A stretch of DNA of 64,000 bases from Anaeramoeba ignava BMAN (taxonomy: Eukaryota; Protista; Anaeramoebae): NCBI GenBank assembly GCA_028826165.1, contig JAPDFW010000056.1, positions 372,001-436,000 on the forward strand. The letters run 5' to 3'. A program made the position numbers and the translations under genes. Below are positions 43,670-55,810 of the stretch, one piece after another. The notes under the pieces are model-generated. The model worked only from the letters and a program-made list of their open reading frames with translations. It did not search any database and was not told the DNA's origin. Every line of letters begins with the position of its first letter. Position 1 is the first letter of the stretch.

Positions 43670-43985
43670 TTTAAAAATAAATCCAAAAATAAATTTAAAA
43701 ATACAATTCAAAATAAATTCAAAAATAAATTTAAAAATAAATTTAAAAATAAATTTAAAAATAAATTTAAAAATAAATTTAAAAATAAATTTAAAAATAA
43801 ATTTAAAAATAAATTCAGAAATACAATTAGAAATAAATTCAGAAATACAATTAGAAATAAATTCAAAAATAAATTTAAAAATAAATTTAGAAATAAATTT
43901 AAAAATAAATTTCTAAAATAAATTCAGAAATACAATTAGAAATACAATTAGAAATAAATTCAGAAATAAATTTAGAAATAAATAA
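43670..43985. repeat. 12-bp repeat (AAAAATAAATTT / AGAAATACAATT variants) in the divergent intergenic region
   Basis: Directly visible. Confidence 0.85.
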
Positions 43986-44076
43986 TTGCTTACTTTAAAA
44001 TGATTATTTGGAAAATTGAAAAAAAAAAATGAAAAAATTTTTTTTCATTTTCTTTTTAAAATTAAAATAAAAAAAA

Positions 44077-46227
44077 ATGGAATCATTACAAAAATTTAAA
44101 TTAGAATATGAAAAATACGCAACTATTCCAACAATTTCATCAGGGAAATTATTTTTAAATCCAAAAGATCAACAATTATTTTCTTTTCTTACATTTAAAC
44201 AAACACATTTTCCAGCATTAACTAAAACAACTTTTCTAAATAATTATCATATTGATCTTGCCCAGAAAACAAGCATCAAAATTCCATTTCCAATTGAAAT
44301 TGACAACGAGACTCTTTTCGCCTTTTCTGAAAACGGGAATTTTTATGCAACAATAAAAAGTACTGATGAAAATAATACAACTTTGATTTCTGTTTGGGAT
44401 CAACACAGAAAACTTTTCACTCAATCAATCAAGGATATGCATAAGAAAATTTACAACGAATCCTTCTTCTCATGCTTTTCCTTTTCGCCAGATAACTCAA
44501 AGCTTCTTTATGTTGCTGAGTTTTTTGACAAAGAAAACCAGAAAAACCCAAATTTTGGAAATAAATCCTTTTGGGATAACGATTGTATCCGTAACCAGCA
44601 AGATTGGGGTGAAGCCTTTTCTGGATTATCTACACCCATGTTGTTTGTTTTTGATATCAAGCAAAAAACCTCGCAAATTGTAAGCGGAATCCCTGAGAAT
44701 ATCAGTCCTGGATCTGGGATCTGGAAAGATGATAACACAATCATATTTAATGGATATGAAAAACCAGATGTTTTAATGGGAATTGAATATTGCTACAACC
44801 GCAAATCAGCAATCTATCAAATTTCCCTTGACAAAGAGTCTCCAAATCTTGAAAGATTAACCACTTTTTTCACAGTGCGTTCACCAAGATTAAACTCAAC
44901 AAAAACACAACTTGCTTTTCTTGCTGCTGATGAATTCAAAGTTCATAATAATCCTGTCAAACTTTGCGTGCTTGATCTTCAAACAAACAAAATTCGTGTT
45001 CTTGTGGATGTTCCCAAATCAAAGAATGTCAAGGATGATTATGTCTTGTTTGAGGAAAAGAAGATTTACTTTCCTGGTTTGTTTCTTCATCAGCTTATTG
45101 AAAATTGTTGGATTGAAAATGACACAAAAATTATATTGAATACGCAATGGAAAAGCACTGGTAAAATTCTTTCTGTTGATGTTACTCAAGAAAATGCACA
45201 AAATCAACAGTTTGCAAATGTATCTTTTATCACAGATCCTTCTGACGATGGAGTTTGGTCTCTTTTAGATTCCAATCACAATTCTATTATCGCAAAATAC
45301 TCGACGCCGTGTCTTCCTTATCAGGTTTATTATGGAAATCCAATCGATTTTATAAGCTCAAATATGATCCAAAAAAATTGTGTTTGTTTGGAAAATTCGT
45401 TGGATGTGATTAATATTGATAATGATTTCGAGTGGAGTTTGCATCAGATACATGTTGATGATATCGAATCTGAATATGAGATGATTGTTCTCCAAAAAAA
45501 GCGCTCAACAAAAGAATCTGAAGAAAAGAAATATGCTCTTGTAAGTCCGCATGGTGGACCTGTTTCCATTTATTCCACATCGTTTATATTCACAAATCTG
45601 TTTCTTTGTTCTCTTGGATATCAAATCCTTATTGTTAATTATCGAGGTTCACTTGGGTTTCATCCAAAAATACTCAATTCATTAACAGGAAAAGTTGGAA
45701 CACAAGATATTAATGATGTTCAAAATGCTGTGAAATTTTCTCGAGAGAACCAAATCATCTCTGAAAAAACTCAAATTGGAGTTATTGGAGGTTCACATGG
45801 AGGATTTATCACTACACATCTTATTGGACAATTTCCTGATTTTTACAAAGTTGCTGCTGTTCGAAATCCTGTGATTAATATTGCCATCATGAGCACAACA
45901 TCTGATATTCCTGATTGGTGTACTGCTGAAACAGATATTCCAAAACAGCCTTTTACACTCAATTCGGATGATTTAAGAGAAATGTGGAATGCTTCCCCAA
46001 TCCGTTATGTTGATAATGTGAAAACTCCCATTTTAATGTTAATTGGAAATGTTGATCGACGTGTTCCAAAATCACAAGGAATAGAATTTTATAAGTCTTT
46101 AAAATTACGAGGAAAAACAACCGAAATTGTTATATATGAAAAGGATCGACATCCATTATCTCGACCCGAAACACAAGCAGATATGTTTATTCGGATGGCA
46201 CTTTGGTTAGAAAAGTATTTTGATTAA
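44077..46227 (+). CDS. APEH: Acylamino-acid-releasing enzyme (S9C peptidase), intronless
   Basis: QDWGE, YCYNRKS, PHGGP, VNYRGSLGF, nucleophile GGSHGGF, RNPV, SDIPDW, DRRVP, catalytic His in DRHPL. Confidence 0.93.
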   Translation: MESLQKFKLEYEKYATIPTISSGKLFLNPKDQQLFSFLTFKQTHFPALTKTTFLNNYHIDLAQKTSIKIPFPIEIDNETLFAFSENGNFYATIKSTDENNTTLISVWDQHRKLFTQSIKDMHKKIYNESFFSCFSFSPDNSKLLYVAEFFDKENQKNPNFGNKSFWDNDCIRNQQDWGEAFSGLSTPMLFVFDIKQKTSQIVSGIPENISPGSGIWKDDNTIIFNGYEKPDVLMGIEYCYNRKSAIYQISLDKESPNLERLTTFFTVRSPRLNSTKTQLAFLAADEFKVHNNPVKLCVLDLQTNKIRVLVDVPKSKNVKDDYVLFEEKKIYFPGLFLHQLIENCWIENDTKIILNTQWKSTGKILSVDVTQENAQNQQFANVSFITDPSDDGVWSLLDSNHNSIIAKYSTPCLPYQVYYGNPIDFISSNMIQKNCVCLENSLDVINIDNDFEWSLHQIHVDDIESEYEMIVLQKKRSTKESEEKKYALVSPHGGPVSIYSTSFIFTNLFLCSLGYQILIVNYRGSLGFHPKILNSLTGKVGTQDINDVQNAVKFSRENQIISEKTQIGVIGGSHGGFITTHLIGQFPDFYKVAAVRNPVINIAIMSTTSDIPDWCTAETDIPKQPFTLNSDDLREMWNASPIRYVDNVKTPILMLIGNVDRRVPKSQGIEFYKSLKLRGKTTEIVIYEKDRHPLSRPETQADMFIRMALWLEKYFD

Positions 46228-46960
46228 AGAAGAATTACAAAAGAATTTTAATTATAAAAGAATTTTAATTATAAAAGAATTATAAAAGAATTACAAAAGA
46301 ATTACAAAAGAATTACAAAAGAATTACAAAAGAATTACAAAAGAATCATAAAATAATTACAAAAGAATTACAAAATAATTACAAAATAATTATAAAAGAA
46401 TTACAAAAGAATTACAAAAGAATTATAAAAAAGAATTACAAAAGAATTACAAAAGGATTATAAAAGAATTACAAAATAATTAATTACAAAATAATTATAA
46501 AATAATTACAAAAGAATTACAAAAGAATTACAAAAGAATTTTAATTACAAAAGAATTACAAAAGAATCATAAAATAATTTTAATTACAAAATAATTATAA
46601 AATAATTATAAAAGAATTTTAATTGATTAAAAAATTATAAAAAGAATTAAATTAAAAAGAATTTTTACAAAAGAATTACAAAATAATTAATTACAAAATA
46701 ATTATAAAATAATTACAAAAGAATTACAAAAGAATTTAATTCCATTTTTAATTTGAATTACAAAAGAATCATAAAATAATTTTAATTACAAAATAATTAT
46801 AAAATAATTATAAAAATTTTAAAAAAGACTTTTTATTGAATTACAAAAAATTTCTTTTTAATTATAAAAAGAATTAAAAAAATTTTAATTATAAAAGAAT
46901 TACAAAATAATTAAAAGAATAAGAAATTATAAAATAATTACAAAATAATTACAAAAGATT
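46228..46960. repeat. 11-bp repeat (AAAAGAATTAC)n starting immediately after the APEH stop codon
   Basis: Directly visible, degenerating with distance. Confidence 0.88.
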
Positions 46961-47155
46961 TATAAGAAAAATAAAATAAAAAGAATTAGAAAAGAATTTA
47001 ATTGATTAAAATTAATTTCTTTTTTTCTTTCATTAAAAAAATTAATTAAAAAAGAAAAAAAAATTTAATTTCCATTTTCAATTTGTTCCACTTTTTTTTA
47101 TTGTTTTTTTTTTCTTTTTTTTTCTTTTGCTTTGTTCTTTTTGAAAAGAAAAACT

Positions 47156-49519
47156 TCAATAATGTAAATAAATCGAAAAAATTAAAATAAAAATTGTGAG
47201 GAAAGAAAAAAATGATCGAGGATTATCAATCAAATAAACTAATGGCCACAATAAAACACGAACCAAAAAGCGTAATGAATCATGCTTGGAAATGAAATCT
47301 GCAATAGGAGGAGAAACATAATAATAAAACTGGGTTAATTTATTTGGGAAAATATTGTCTCTCATCCAACGCAAAGAATCCAATTTAGGATGCATTGAAG
47401 TACCATAAGCAGCAGTTGCAATAAAACAAGCAGACTTTTTTCTGGAATATTTTGGAGCAGCACTGTAACATAGATCTGAAGATTGATTCAACATCGGCGC
47501 ACTTCTCATTGCTGAATATTCTTCTTGATAATCCATTGGATTCAAAGAAGGAACATCAACAAGTTCCATTTCCTCAATTTCTCCGTCATTGTCCCTTTCC
47601 TCAACAGCAACGAAACTTGTGTGTTTGCTTGCTAATCCATATTTGGTTGCCAACTCAACAATTTTATCCTTGTCCTCAATATCTGCCATTGTCAACTCCT
47701 TGATCAAAGCCTTAGCTGCCAACGTCTTGATAATGTCATCGTAAATTATCTGCACAGAATCCAATGAAAGCTTGAAACAAACTTCTTCTCCTGTTGGAAG
47801 TGCTGCTGTCAATTTCACAACCTTTCCTTTGATGTTGTTAATGTCATCAGCAAGAAAGCCATAAGCAATAAAACGGTCGTGATTGAAGATGGGAGGCAAT
47901 ACTTTTGGAGCTTGGTCAATATTAAGTCCATCCCAATCAATTTTGATTTGTGTCAATGCCGGTTGCATTCCTCTTTGTATTTGTTTGATCACTTTTTTTT
48001 CAAGATCTTTTCCTGAATCATCGATAAAAACCGCTTTTCCATTCCCAGCACGAGCAATTCCGTTGACAAGTTCTCGCGAAGCTCCTGCGCCAATGCCAAA
48101 GCTAAAACAACGGGCAGTAGAAGAGTTTCTGCGGATCATTTTCATGACTTCTTCTGTGTTTGAAATGTCACCGTCAGTCAAAATAAATATCTGTCTTGGT
48201 CTGTTTTTTGCCGGAATTATTGAGAAGATTTGTTCAAGTGGTTTGTGTAGATCTGTCCCTCCAAGATCAGCTTGCATGATTGACACATGTGTCAATGCCT
48301 TTTCTCGAATTTCCTTACTTATTTGCACTGATTCGTCAAAAAGTTGTTCCACTTTTGTGCCAAAGCCAATTACATTGAAATAACAATTATCAGGCAGTTG
48401 TTTGATCACTTGTTCCATTGTTTTTGATGCTGATCGTATTCTGTCGCCTGACATTGACCCTGAACGATCAATAACAAAGATCATTTCCATTTCGAATTTG
48501 TCTTCCACTTTGATTTCAGGATAGAAAGTCACCATCATGCCAGGATCATGTTTTTTTTGATCTTTTTTGGGTTTTTTTTCGTGTTTTTCCTTTTGGTTTT
48601 TTTTCTTTTTCTTTTTCTTTTCCTTTTCATTTTTCTCCGGCTTGTTTTCTTTCGATCCTTCAACCCAAACACGAGGCTCGAAAGGTTGTTCTGTTTTGAT
48701 CTTTAGAACAAAATCTCTATCGAGACTTGTTGTTTTTTTAGGGTTGCCGAGTTCGATAGCAGCTGTGAATTTGGAAGGGTATTTTACATCAATGTCATGT
48801 GAAGGAGACAAGACATTAACAATCTTAGATTGCATTCCCACTTTGATGTCGACTTTCAACCCATAAGGCACTGAGCTGACATACTTCGGAGTGATTCTTT
48901 CAGCTTTTTCTTCTAGATTTTTGTTGGGTGGTGTGTATCTTGGAGAAATCACAGTTGGAAGAACAAACCGGATTTGGTCATCATCTTCAGCTTCCAGTTC
49001 CGCAACATAAAAAATGGAAATTACCACTTGTTTTTTAGATGGTAAATTCCCGACACTCAAAGTGAAAATATCTTCTGTTTCTTGTTCCATCAAATACGCT
49101 CCTATTTTTGTTTTTGGAATTAAATGGATTTTTATAAAACATGGATTAGGGATTATTTTATTTTGTTATTATTTTGATTTTGTTATTATTTTGATTTTAT
49201 TATTATTTTGATTTTGTTATTATTTTGATTTTTTGATTTTACCATGTCCTTGAGCTAAAGCATCATCATAGATTTGTTGTGCTTCATTTTTTTCTTTTGA
49301 TACTCCTTTTACAATTTTTCCATCAATATAAGCCTCAAAACCACAAATTGCTGCAGCTTCATCCATTGGAAATTTATAAACAGCTTCGATTGGATGATCA
49401 TAGTTGTTTTCGTATTTTTGTCGAACAACAACTTTTGCAACAAAATCAAAAATTTTGGCTTTAACAGAAACACCAACAAGTGGAATATCTTCTTGAGTTT
49501 TTGAAATTAAACCAAACAT
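47156..49519 (-). CDS. VIT + vWA domain protein (VWA5A/PARP4-like) with C-terminal CFI-box-CTERM domain and terminal TM helix; intron 49242-49102
   Basis: VIT: IEAVYKFP..AAICGFEA, GHGAYLME, FTLSVGNL. vWA MIDAS DRSGSM, GGT, ILTDG. Tail CFIATAAYG..LRWMRD..FYYYVSPPIA..RVLLWPL. Confidence 0.9.
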
Positions 49520-49683
49520 AAGTTAAAAAGGGAATTAAAAAAGAAAAAATGAAAAAATTAAAAAATTAAAAAAAATTGCTTTTTTTATTTTTATTTTTAT
49601 TGTTGTAGAAAATTTAGAGAACAAAAGAATTTGATATTTTTCATTTTTTTTCATTTTTTTTCATTTTTCATTTTTCATTTTAA
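49520..49683. promoter_or_regulatory. Compact bidirectional promoter with oppositely oriented TTTCATTT initiator-like motifs
   Basis: AAATGAAA at ~49547 next to the - gene; tandem TTTCATTT at ~49638-49680 next to the + gene. Confidence 0.55.
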
Positions 49684-52600
49684 ATGTTAAATTTTGAAAA
49701 TCAATTTGTTATTCAAGAAAAATTAAAAGAACCATCAACTTCTGCAAAAAAAATTATTGATTCAATTAATTCAATTATTTCTGATAAAAAACAAACCAAA
49801 AAAATTAGATCTCTTCTTCAAGATTTATGTATTTTTCGAATTGAACAACATCAAATTGATAATTTTTTAAGTTGTGCATTTAAAAGTAAATTCCAAAACA
49901 AAACCAAAACCAAAAGAAAAAGAAAAAGAAAAAGAAAAATTGTTTTGAATTTACAGATAAAATTTTATTTTCTGTTTAGTTTTAAGTCAATATGACAACG
50001 AAAAAATTATTCGATTAACTCATTATTTAATTACAAGTCTTGGCAAATTAGACTTAAAGCAATCAACTGTAAATAAATTAATTATTTAATCAAAAGAAAA
50101 ATAATTATTTAAGTTTCAATAGAGTTTATATAACCAACTTGAGAAAGAGATTAAATCCACAAATATTGGTAATCAAATATTATCTATCCATACTTTAGGA
50201 ACTTGTTTATGTGTGAATACATTCAAGGGTAGAAAAATCTTAAACAAAAAAGAAATTCAAATCAAAATCAAAATTCAAATCAAAATTAAAATCAAAATTA
50301 AAATCAAAATTAAAATCAAAATTAATTTAGAGAGTTTTCTTAATTATTTGATTGAACGAATGGAAATGGGTTTTCAAACACAAATAACACCCAAAAAGAA
50401 AGGATTTTCAAAGAAATCGAAACAAAGTGATGATTATATATTTCTTCAAACTGCTTGTTTAAAAGTAGCAGCTATTAGATTTCCTAGATCACAAAAATTG
50501 AAGTCTGTAAATAGAAAAACAAAATTAAAATTAATTTATAAAATTAAAATTAATTTATAAAATTTAAAATTAAAATTAATTTATAAAATTAAAATCAATT
50601 TACAAAATTAAAATTAATTTATAAAATTAAAATTTATTTATAAAATTAAAATTCATTTACAAAATTAAAATTTATTTATAAAATTAAAATTAATTTACAA
50701 AATTAAAATTAATTTATAAAATTAAAATTTATTTATAAAATTAAAATTAATTTATAAAATTAAAATTAATTTATAAAATTAAAATTAATTTATAAAATTA
50801 AAATTTATTTATAAAATTAAAATTATAAAGATTGTCTTAAAATTAATGGAATCAAAAGATGAAGAGGCTGTGAGACTCTCTATTAATTTGTTTTATGGGT
50901 TGATGAATAAAAATATTAATATGTATCAATCTTTAATGGGCATCCTTCCAACTAATGCGACTTTTGAATCAAAATTTATTGTGAAGAAAAAGCATACGAA
51001 AAAAAAGGATGAGAAAAATTTTCTGCAGAACCCAGAAATCAACCTCACAAGCATACAATCTCAATCATCATTTCTACGACTGATTGAGAAGATGATGGTT
51101 TCAATTCCAAAAGAAGCCAAACCAAAATTCTACAACGCTGTACTTTTGGTGATGAAGTACAACATCAATCTTGAAGAATTGAATACAGGATCACGCAAAA
51201 ACGAGCCAGAAAATAGTAAGACCAACGAAAGCCAAGGAGAGCAATCAGCACAAACAACAAGCAAAGTGGGGCTCACACACCAAATGAAGCATCTTGAGAT
51301 TTTTCTTGCAGGAATTGGAGCACTTTCAAGTGGAGAAAATTCATGGGAAATAATGCATCAATTATCAATCAATCATCAAGAATTCCCACTCAATAAACGA
51401 GCGCATAACTTCGAGCAATTCTCGGAACAGAAATACTCCATAAACGACTTTATTTTGCAGCAAATTTACATTATAATTTCAAGATACAACTTCCAATTAC
51501 GCAAATCAAGATCCTCCGGCTTCTCTGTTTTTGGAGATCCGGAAACAACATCCAGTAAAATAGATTTTGTTCCTGAAAAGAACCCACGCGATATCGGCAA
51601 TGCAGAGCTTGTCGGTACTCTTCGCGCATTGTGCAAATTTGTTACTTCTTTTAATTCTTCAAATCCGCCCAATAAATTTGCCAAGAATTTAAGCATTTTC
51701 CATCCTATTCAGAACCAACTTTATGAACTTGCGAGCTTGTCAAAATCACCAACAATCAAAATGTGGGTTGTTTGCTCGCTGATTTGCTCGTATCAACCAC
51801 CTCACAACTTGCAATCACAAGAATCAGCTCCAGTTCAATCCCAGCAAACTCAGCAATTGCAAAATGTGTATGAATTCCAGAACCAGAATTCCTTCAAGAT
51901 TCTCCAGGAAATCATCATCAAGGAGATCAAAAAGAAAACCTTTACGCCACATCTTTTTAATTTCATTTTGAAAACATTTGAAGAACGACTTCAAATCACA
52001 CCAAAAATCACCCCAGTTGCACTAAGTATTTTCCAGAAGGTTTCACAGAAATCAATCGAACTATTCGAGTCTTCACTCCTTGTTTCTCATTTCGAGAAAA
52101 TTATCCAATTCAACTCATATAATAGAATTCTTATGGAAACAATCATAATTATTCTTGATTCTGATCCAAAACCAGAGTTTTTTCTCACACTAAAAAATAT
52201 CAAAAGCAAAATTATCCATTTCGTTGGGAATCAAATACATAAAATACTTGGGCTAAGTGTGGATTCTTTGTATTCCCCACTTGCACAAGACAATCCTTCA
52301 ACAAATGCTGCCAAAACTCTTCTTGATTCGATTATTCTTCGATTGAAGCATTTTGCTATTTTGGGTGATTATGATCTCCAGATTCAAAGTATTTTGGCAA
52401 TTTGGAAAATTCGCAATTAGACTTGGATCTCCTGTTCTTGAAAATGCAATTAACTTTCTTACTCAATTGAGTCAAATGAAATTCTTTTTCATGAGCTCTT
52501 TAATGTTTAATTTACTTCATATTCTTAAACTTATTCAAGCAAATCGTTCAAATTTAAAACAATTTCTTCAATCAAATTCCCAAAAATTAAATTTCCAAAT

Positions 52601-52754
52601 TTTAGAAAAGATTTTTCAATTTCATTCAAAAATTATTCTTCAAACAAAATTCTTTTGTTCTGATTTAGAAGATGATTTCCCAATTTTGGGAGTAATTTCA
52701 AAACAACCACTTTTGGAATATAAAAAAATTCAAGAAGAAAAACAATTTGATTAA
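49684..52754 (+). CDS. Alpha-solenoid protein, probably TSET complex large subunit TSAUCER (TASH3-like); 4 introns and a +1 frameshift near 52400
   Basis: Exons join by GT-AG. Frame-corrected ILRLKHFAILGDYDLQIQSILAIGKFAIRLGSPVLENAINFL resembles, from memory, the TASH3/TSAUCER block LTRLQRCAFSGSWEVR...MAIRSGEPFRLQIYEFL. Confidence 0.55.
50520..50830. repeat. ~18-bp AT tandem repeat in intron
   Basis: AAAATTAATTTATAAAATT-like units. Confidence 0.85.
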
Positions 52755-53116
52755 TTTTTTAATAAACAAAACAAAAAAAAACAAAAATAAAATTTTTTTT
52801 TTTAAATTTTTAAATTTCATTTTTTTTTTTTACAAATTAAAAAAAAAAATATATATAAACTCTATGATGAATTTTGTGTTTTAATTTAGACAAGCATATA
52901 ACTGAATTTTAAATTGATGAAACACATTACTGAGAGTTTTTTATTTATATTTTTTATTTATAAAAAAAATTTTTTTTATTCTTTTTTTTAATTTTTTATT
53001 TTTAAAAAACAAACCGTTAAAAAAATAACATAAAATAAAATAAAACAAAACAAAATAAAACTTTTCATTTTTCTATTTTTTTCTATTTTTTTCTATTTTC
53101 AAATTAAAACATTTTA

Positions 53117-54191
53117 ATGGTGAAAATTATTAAAATAAAAAATTAATAATTAAAAATTAAATAATTAATATTTAATAATTAATAGGAAAAACAAGCAACA
53201 AAAAATCCAATTACATTAAGAGGTTCAACTGAAATTGTAACAGAATTTTTCAATTATAGTATAAATAATATACTTTTTATGAGAGGAATTTATCCTGTTG
53301 AATCTTTTAAAAGTATTAATAAATATGGTTTAACTATCCAAACAACAACTGATGAAGAACTTCAGAATTATTTAAGTCAAGTTCTTCAACAACTTTCTCG
53401 TAACTTTCTCTTAAAAAATTATTTGCTTCTTCTCTTTTTTTTTGATATATTTAAATTTGTTCCACTTTTTTTTTTTTTCTAAAATAATTTTTTTTTTCAA
53501 AAGAATGGTTAATGAAACATCAAGTGAAAAGTTTAGTTTTAGTTTTAACAAATGTTATTACAAAAGAAGTAATGGAAAGATGGGTTTTTAATATTGAATG
53601 TGATAAAGCCATGACTGAAGACTCGTAAATCAAAATCATTTATAAATTCAAAATCAAAATCATTTATAAAATCAAATTTAAAATCAAAATCATTTATAAA
53701 TTCAAAATCAAAATCATTTATAAATTTAAAATCAAAATTAAAATCAAAATCAATTATAAATTCATTTATAAATTCAAATTCATTTATAAATTCAAATCAA
53801 AATCATTTATAAATTCAAATCCATTTATAAATTCAAAATCAAAATCAATATCATTTATAAATTCATTTATAAATTCAAATTCAAAATCATTTATAAATTC
53901 AAATTTAAATCAAAATTTAGAAAACCAAAACAAAAATCAGAAACTGAAATTAGATTAGAAATACAAGCAATTATTAGACAAATCATGGCAAGTGTTTCTA
54001 TTCTCCCTCTTTTAGTTGATCCATGCACATTTGATCTTTTGATTTATACTGATGATGATATCGAAATTCCAAAAGCATGGGAAGAATCAGATCCAAAATT
54101 TATTACAAATTCACAAGAAATTAAACTTCGTTCATTTACAACCAAAATCCATAAAGTTGATACTTATATCTCTTATAAATTTGAAAAATAA
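53117..54191 (+). CDS. MAD2: Spindle checkpoint protein MAD2 (HORMA); exons 53117-53119, 53186-53399, 53504-53624, 53920-54191
   Basis: ITLRGSTEIVTEFF, RGIYP, KYGL, MERWVFNIE, EIQAIIRQI, CTFDLLIYTD, WEESDP, LRSFTTKIHKV. Confidence 0.95.
53630..53915. repeat. Composite tandem repeat (TCATTTATAAAT + AAAATC) in MAD2 intron 3
   Basis: Directly visible. Confidence 0.8.
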
Positions 54192-54228
54192 TTGGAATAT
54201 TTTTTTTATTGAAAAAAATCAAAAAATA

Positions 54229-54260
<32 letters not shown>

Positions 54261-54306
54261 AAAATAATTGAAAAAATAAAAGAATTAAATTTGGAATTTG
54301 AATTCA

Positions 54307-55726
54307 TCAACAATTTCCACAATTTCTAACACAAATTAGTAAGCACAAGAAAAGTGTAAAGCAAGCATATAAAATATAAAGAGGTAAAAAAACAACTGCA
54401 AAATTTTGATAGGAAACTCCATCCATTTTTCTTGAAAACATCCATTCAACTCCAAAAAAAAACAAAGCAATAACAAAATTAACAAAATTTATGATTTGAA
54501 TTGTTTTATAAATATCGTTCATTTCCTCTTTTACAAATGAAATTATAAGGAAAACAAGCATTATAATAAGTGGACTAAAACTTGAAATAAAAAGAGGAAT
54601 AAAAGCACTTTTCCAAGAAATTGATTCATGACCAAAATCAAATTTGGCAGATAATATGAAAGAGGAAATGCAAAGAGAAAAGAGATAAATTTGGAAATGA
54701 AGATAGAAGATTACTTTAGGCAAAATAAATCTTGATTCACGTTCACTCATTCTCTTTTCTTCTCGGATTTCCAAAATAACAAACAATATCGAAAGAAAAG
54801 TAATTAAATAAAGAGGAATGCAAACAACCAAAAGTGAAACATCTTTAAAAGATTTCTGATCCAGTTTCAATCCAAAAATGACCAAAAAAACAATCAAGAG
54901 AAAACTTGCAAAAATGTTTGAAAGATCAATCCAAAACGGATTTTCTCTTCTATAATAATTCTCCAAAAATGAGAAAAAGGAAAATATTGCGAAGTGAGCC
55001 AAAACAAAAAACAAAGGAGCAAAAGAAGCAACCCAAGAAGAGCGAATCTCATTATCAATTCTTAAATTAATCAAGATCAGAGGAATAAAAGTCAAGCAAA
55101 AAAAACTCAAAAAAACAAATAAAGGATGGTTTATTTTCCCATATAAAATGTGGTGAACCTTCTTCTCTTTTCTTTGGTTCATTTTTCGAAATTTCGTTCT
55201 TTTTTTTTGTTTCTTAATTTTTGTTATTTGATCTAAAAAGAGTTTTTTTGGATTTTCCATAATTTGTTTTGAAATTGGGAGGTTTTTTCGTTGATCTTCA
55301 GGTGATTTAAAATAATAAGAAAGTCCCAAAGAATTCATATAAGTTAAAGTATGAAAATCTTGTGAAATGTAAGCAATTTTTTCAAAATCAATCAAAGGGG
55401 AAAATTTTCGAACACAATTTCTCCATAAAAATACATCATCTGAAATTAAATTGAATTGAGAATTAACTTGTGAACAAATTCCTAAATAAAATGGTGAATC
55501 TAAATAACTAAAAATTTCTAATAAAACTAAAGAAAAACAAAAATAAGAAAAAAATTTTTTGTTGTTTTTTTTGGATTGTTTACTTTCATTTGGAAGATTA
55601 ATAAAAGGATCTTCATCTGGTAAATTATTTAAGTTTTGAAAATTATTATCTTTTTTTCGATAAGTATTTTTGGGTTTTAATGAATTTAAAAGAGTTTTTA
55701 AAGAAATATGATTTGTAAGATTCCAT
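54307..55726 (-). CDS. F-box fused to TMEM185/TMEM60-type multipass membrane domain; one short intron (~55584-55527); +1 frameshift in exon 1
   Basis: Spliced F-box PFINLPNEILLEIFSYL...SQVN...LWRN. About 8 TM segments with repeated K/R-L/I-D...W...F.PL motifs. Cys-rich C-terminus. Confidence 0.75.
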
Positions 55727-55810
55727 TTAATAAATTAAGTCAAAAAAAAACCAAAAAAAAAATAAATAATTTTTTTCATTTTTTTTTCATTTTTTTCATT
55801 TTTTTTTATA

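Noticed and set aside
47250-47430. CF-starting segment as an intein/Hint domain (vWA-Hint type)
   Set aside because: Only ~90 aa remain to the stop, with no TxxH or HN motifs; it matches the helical CFI-box-CTERM pattern instead.
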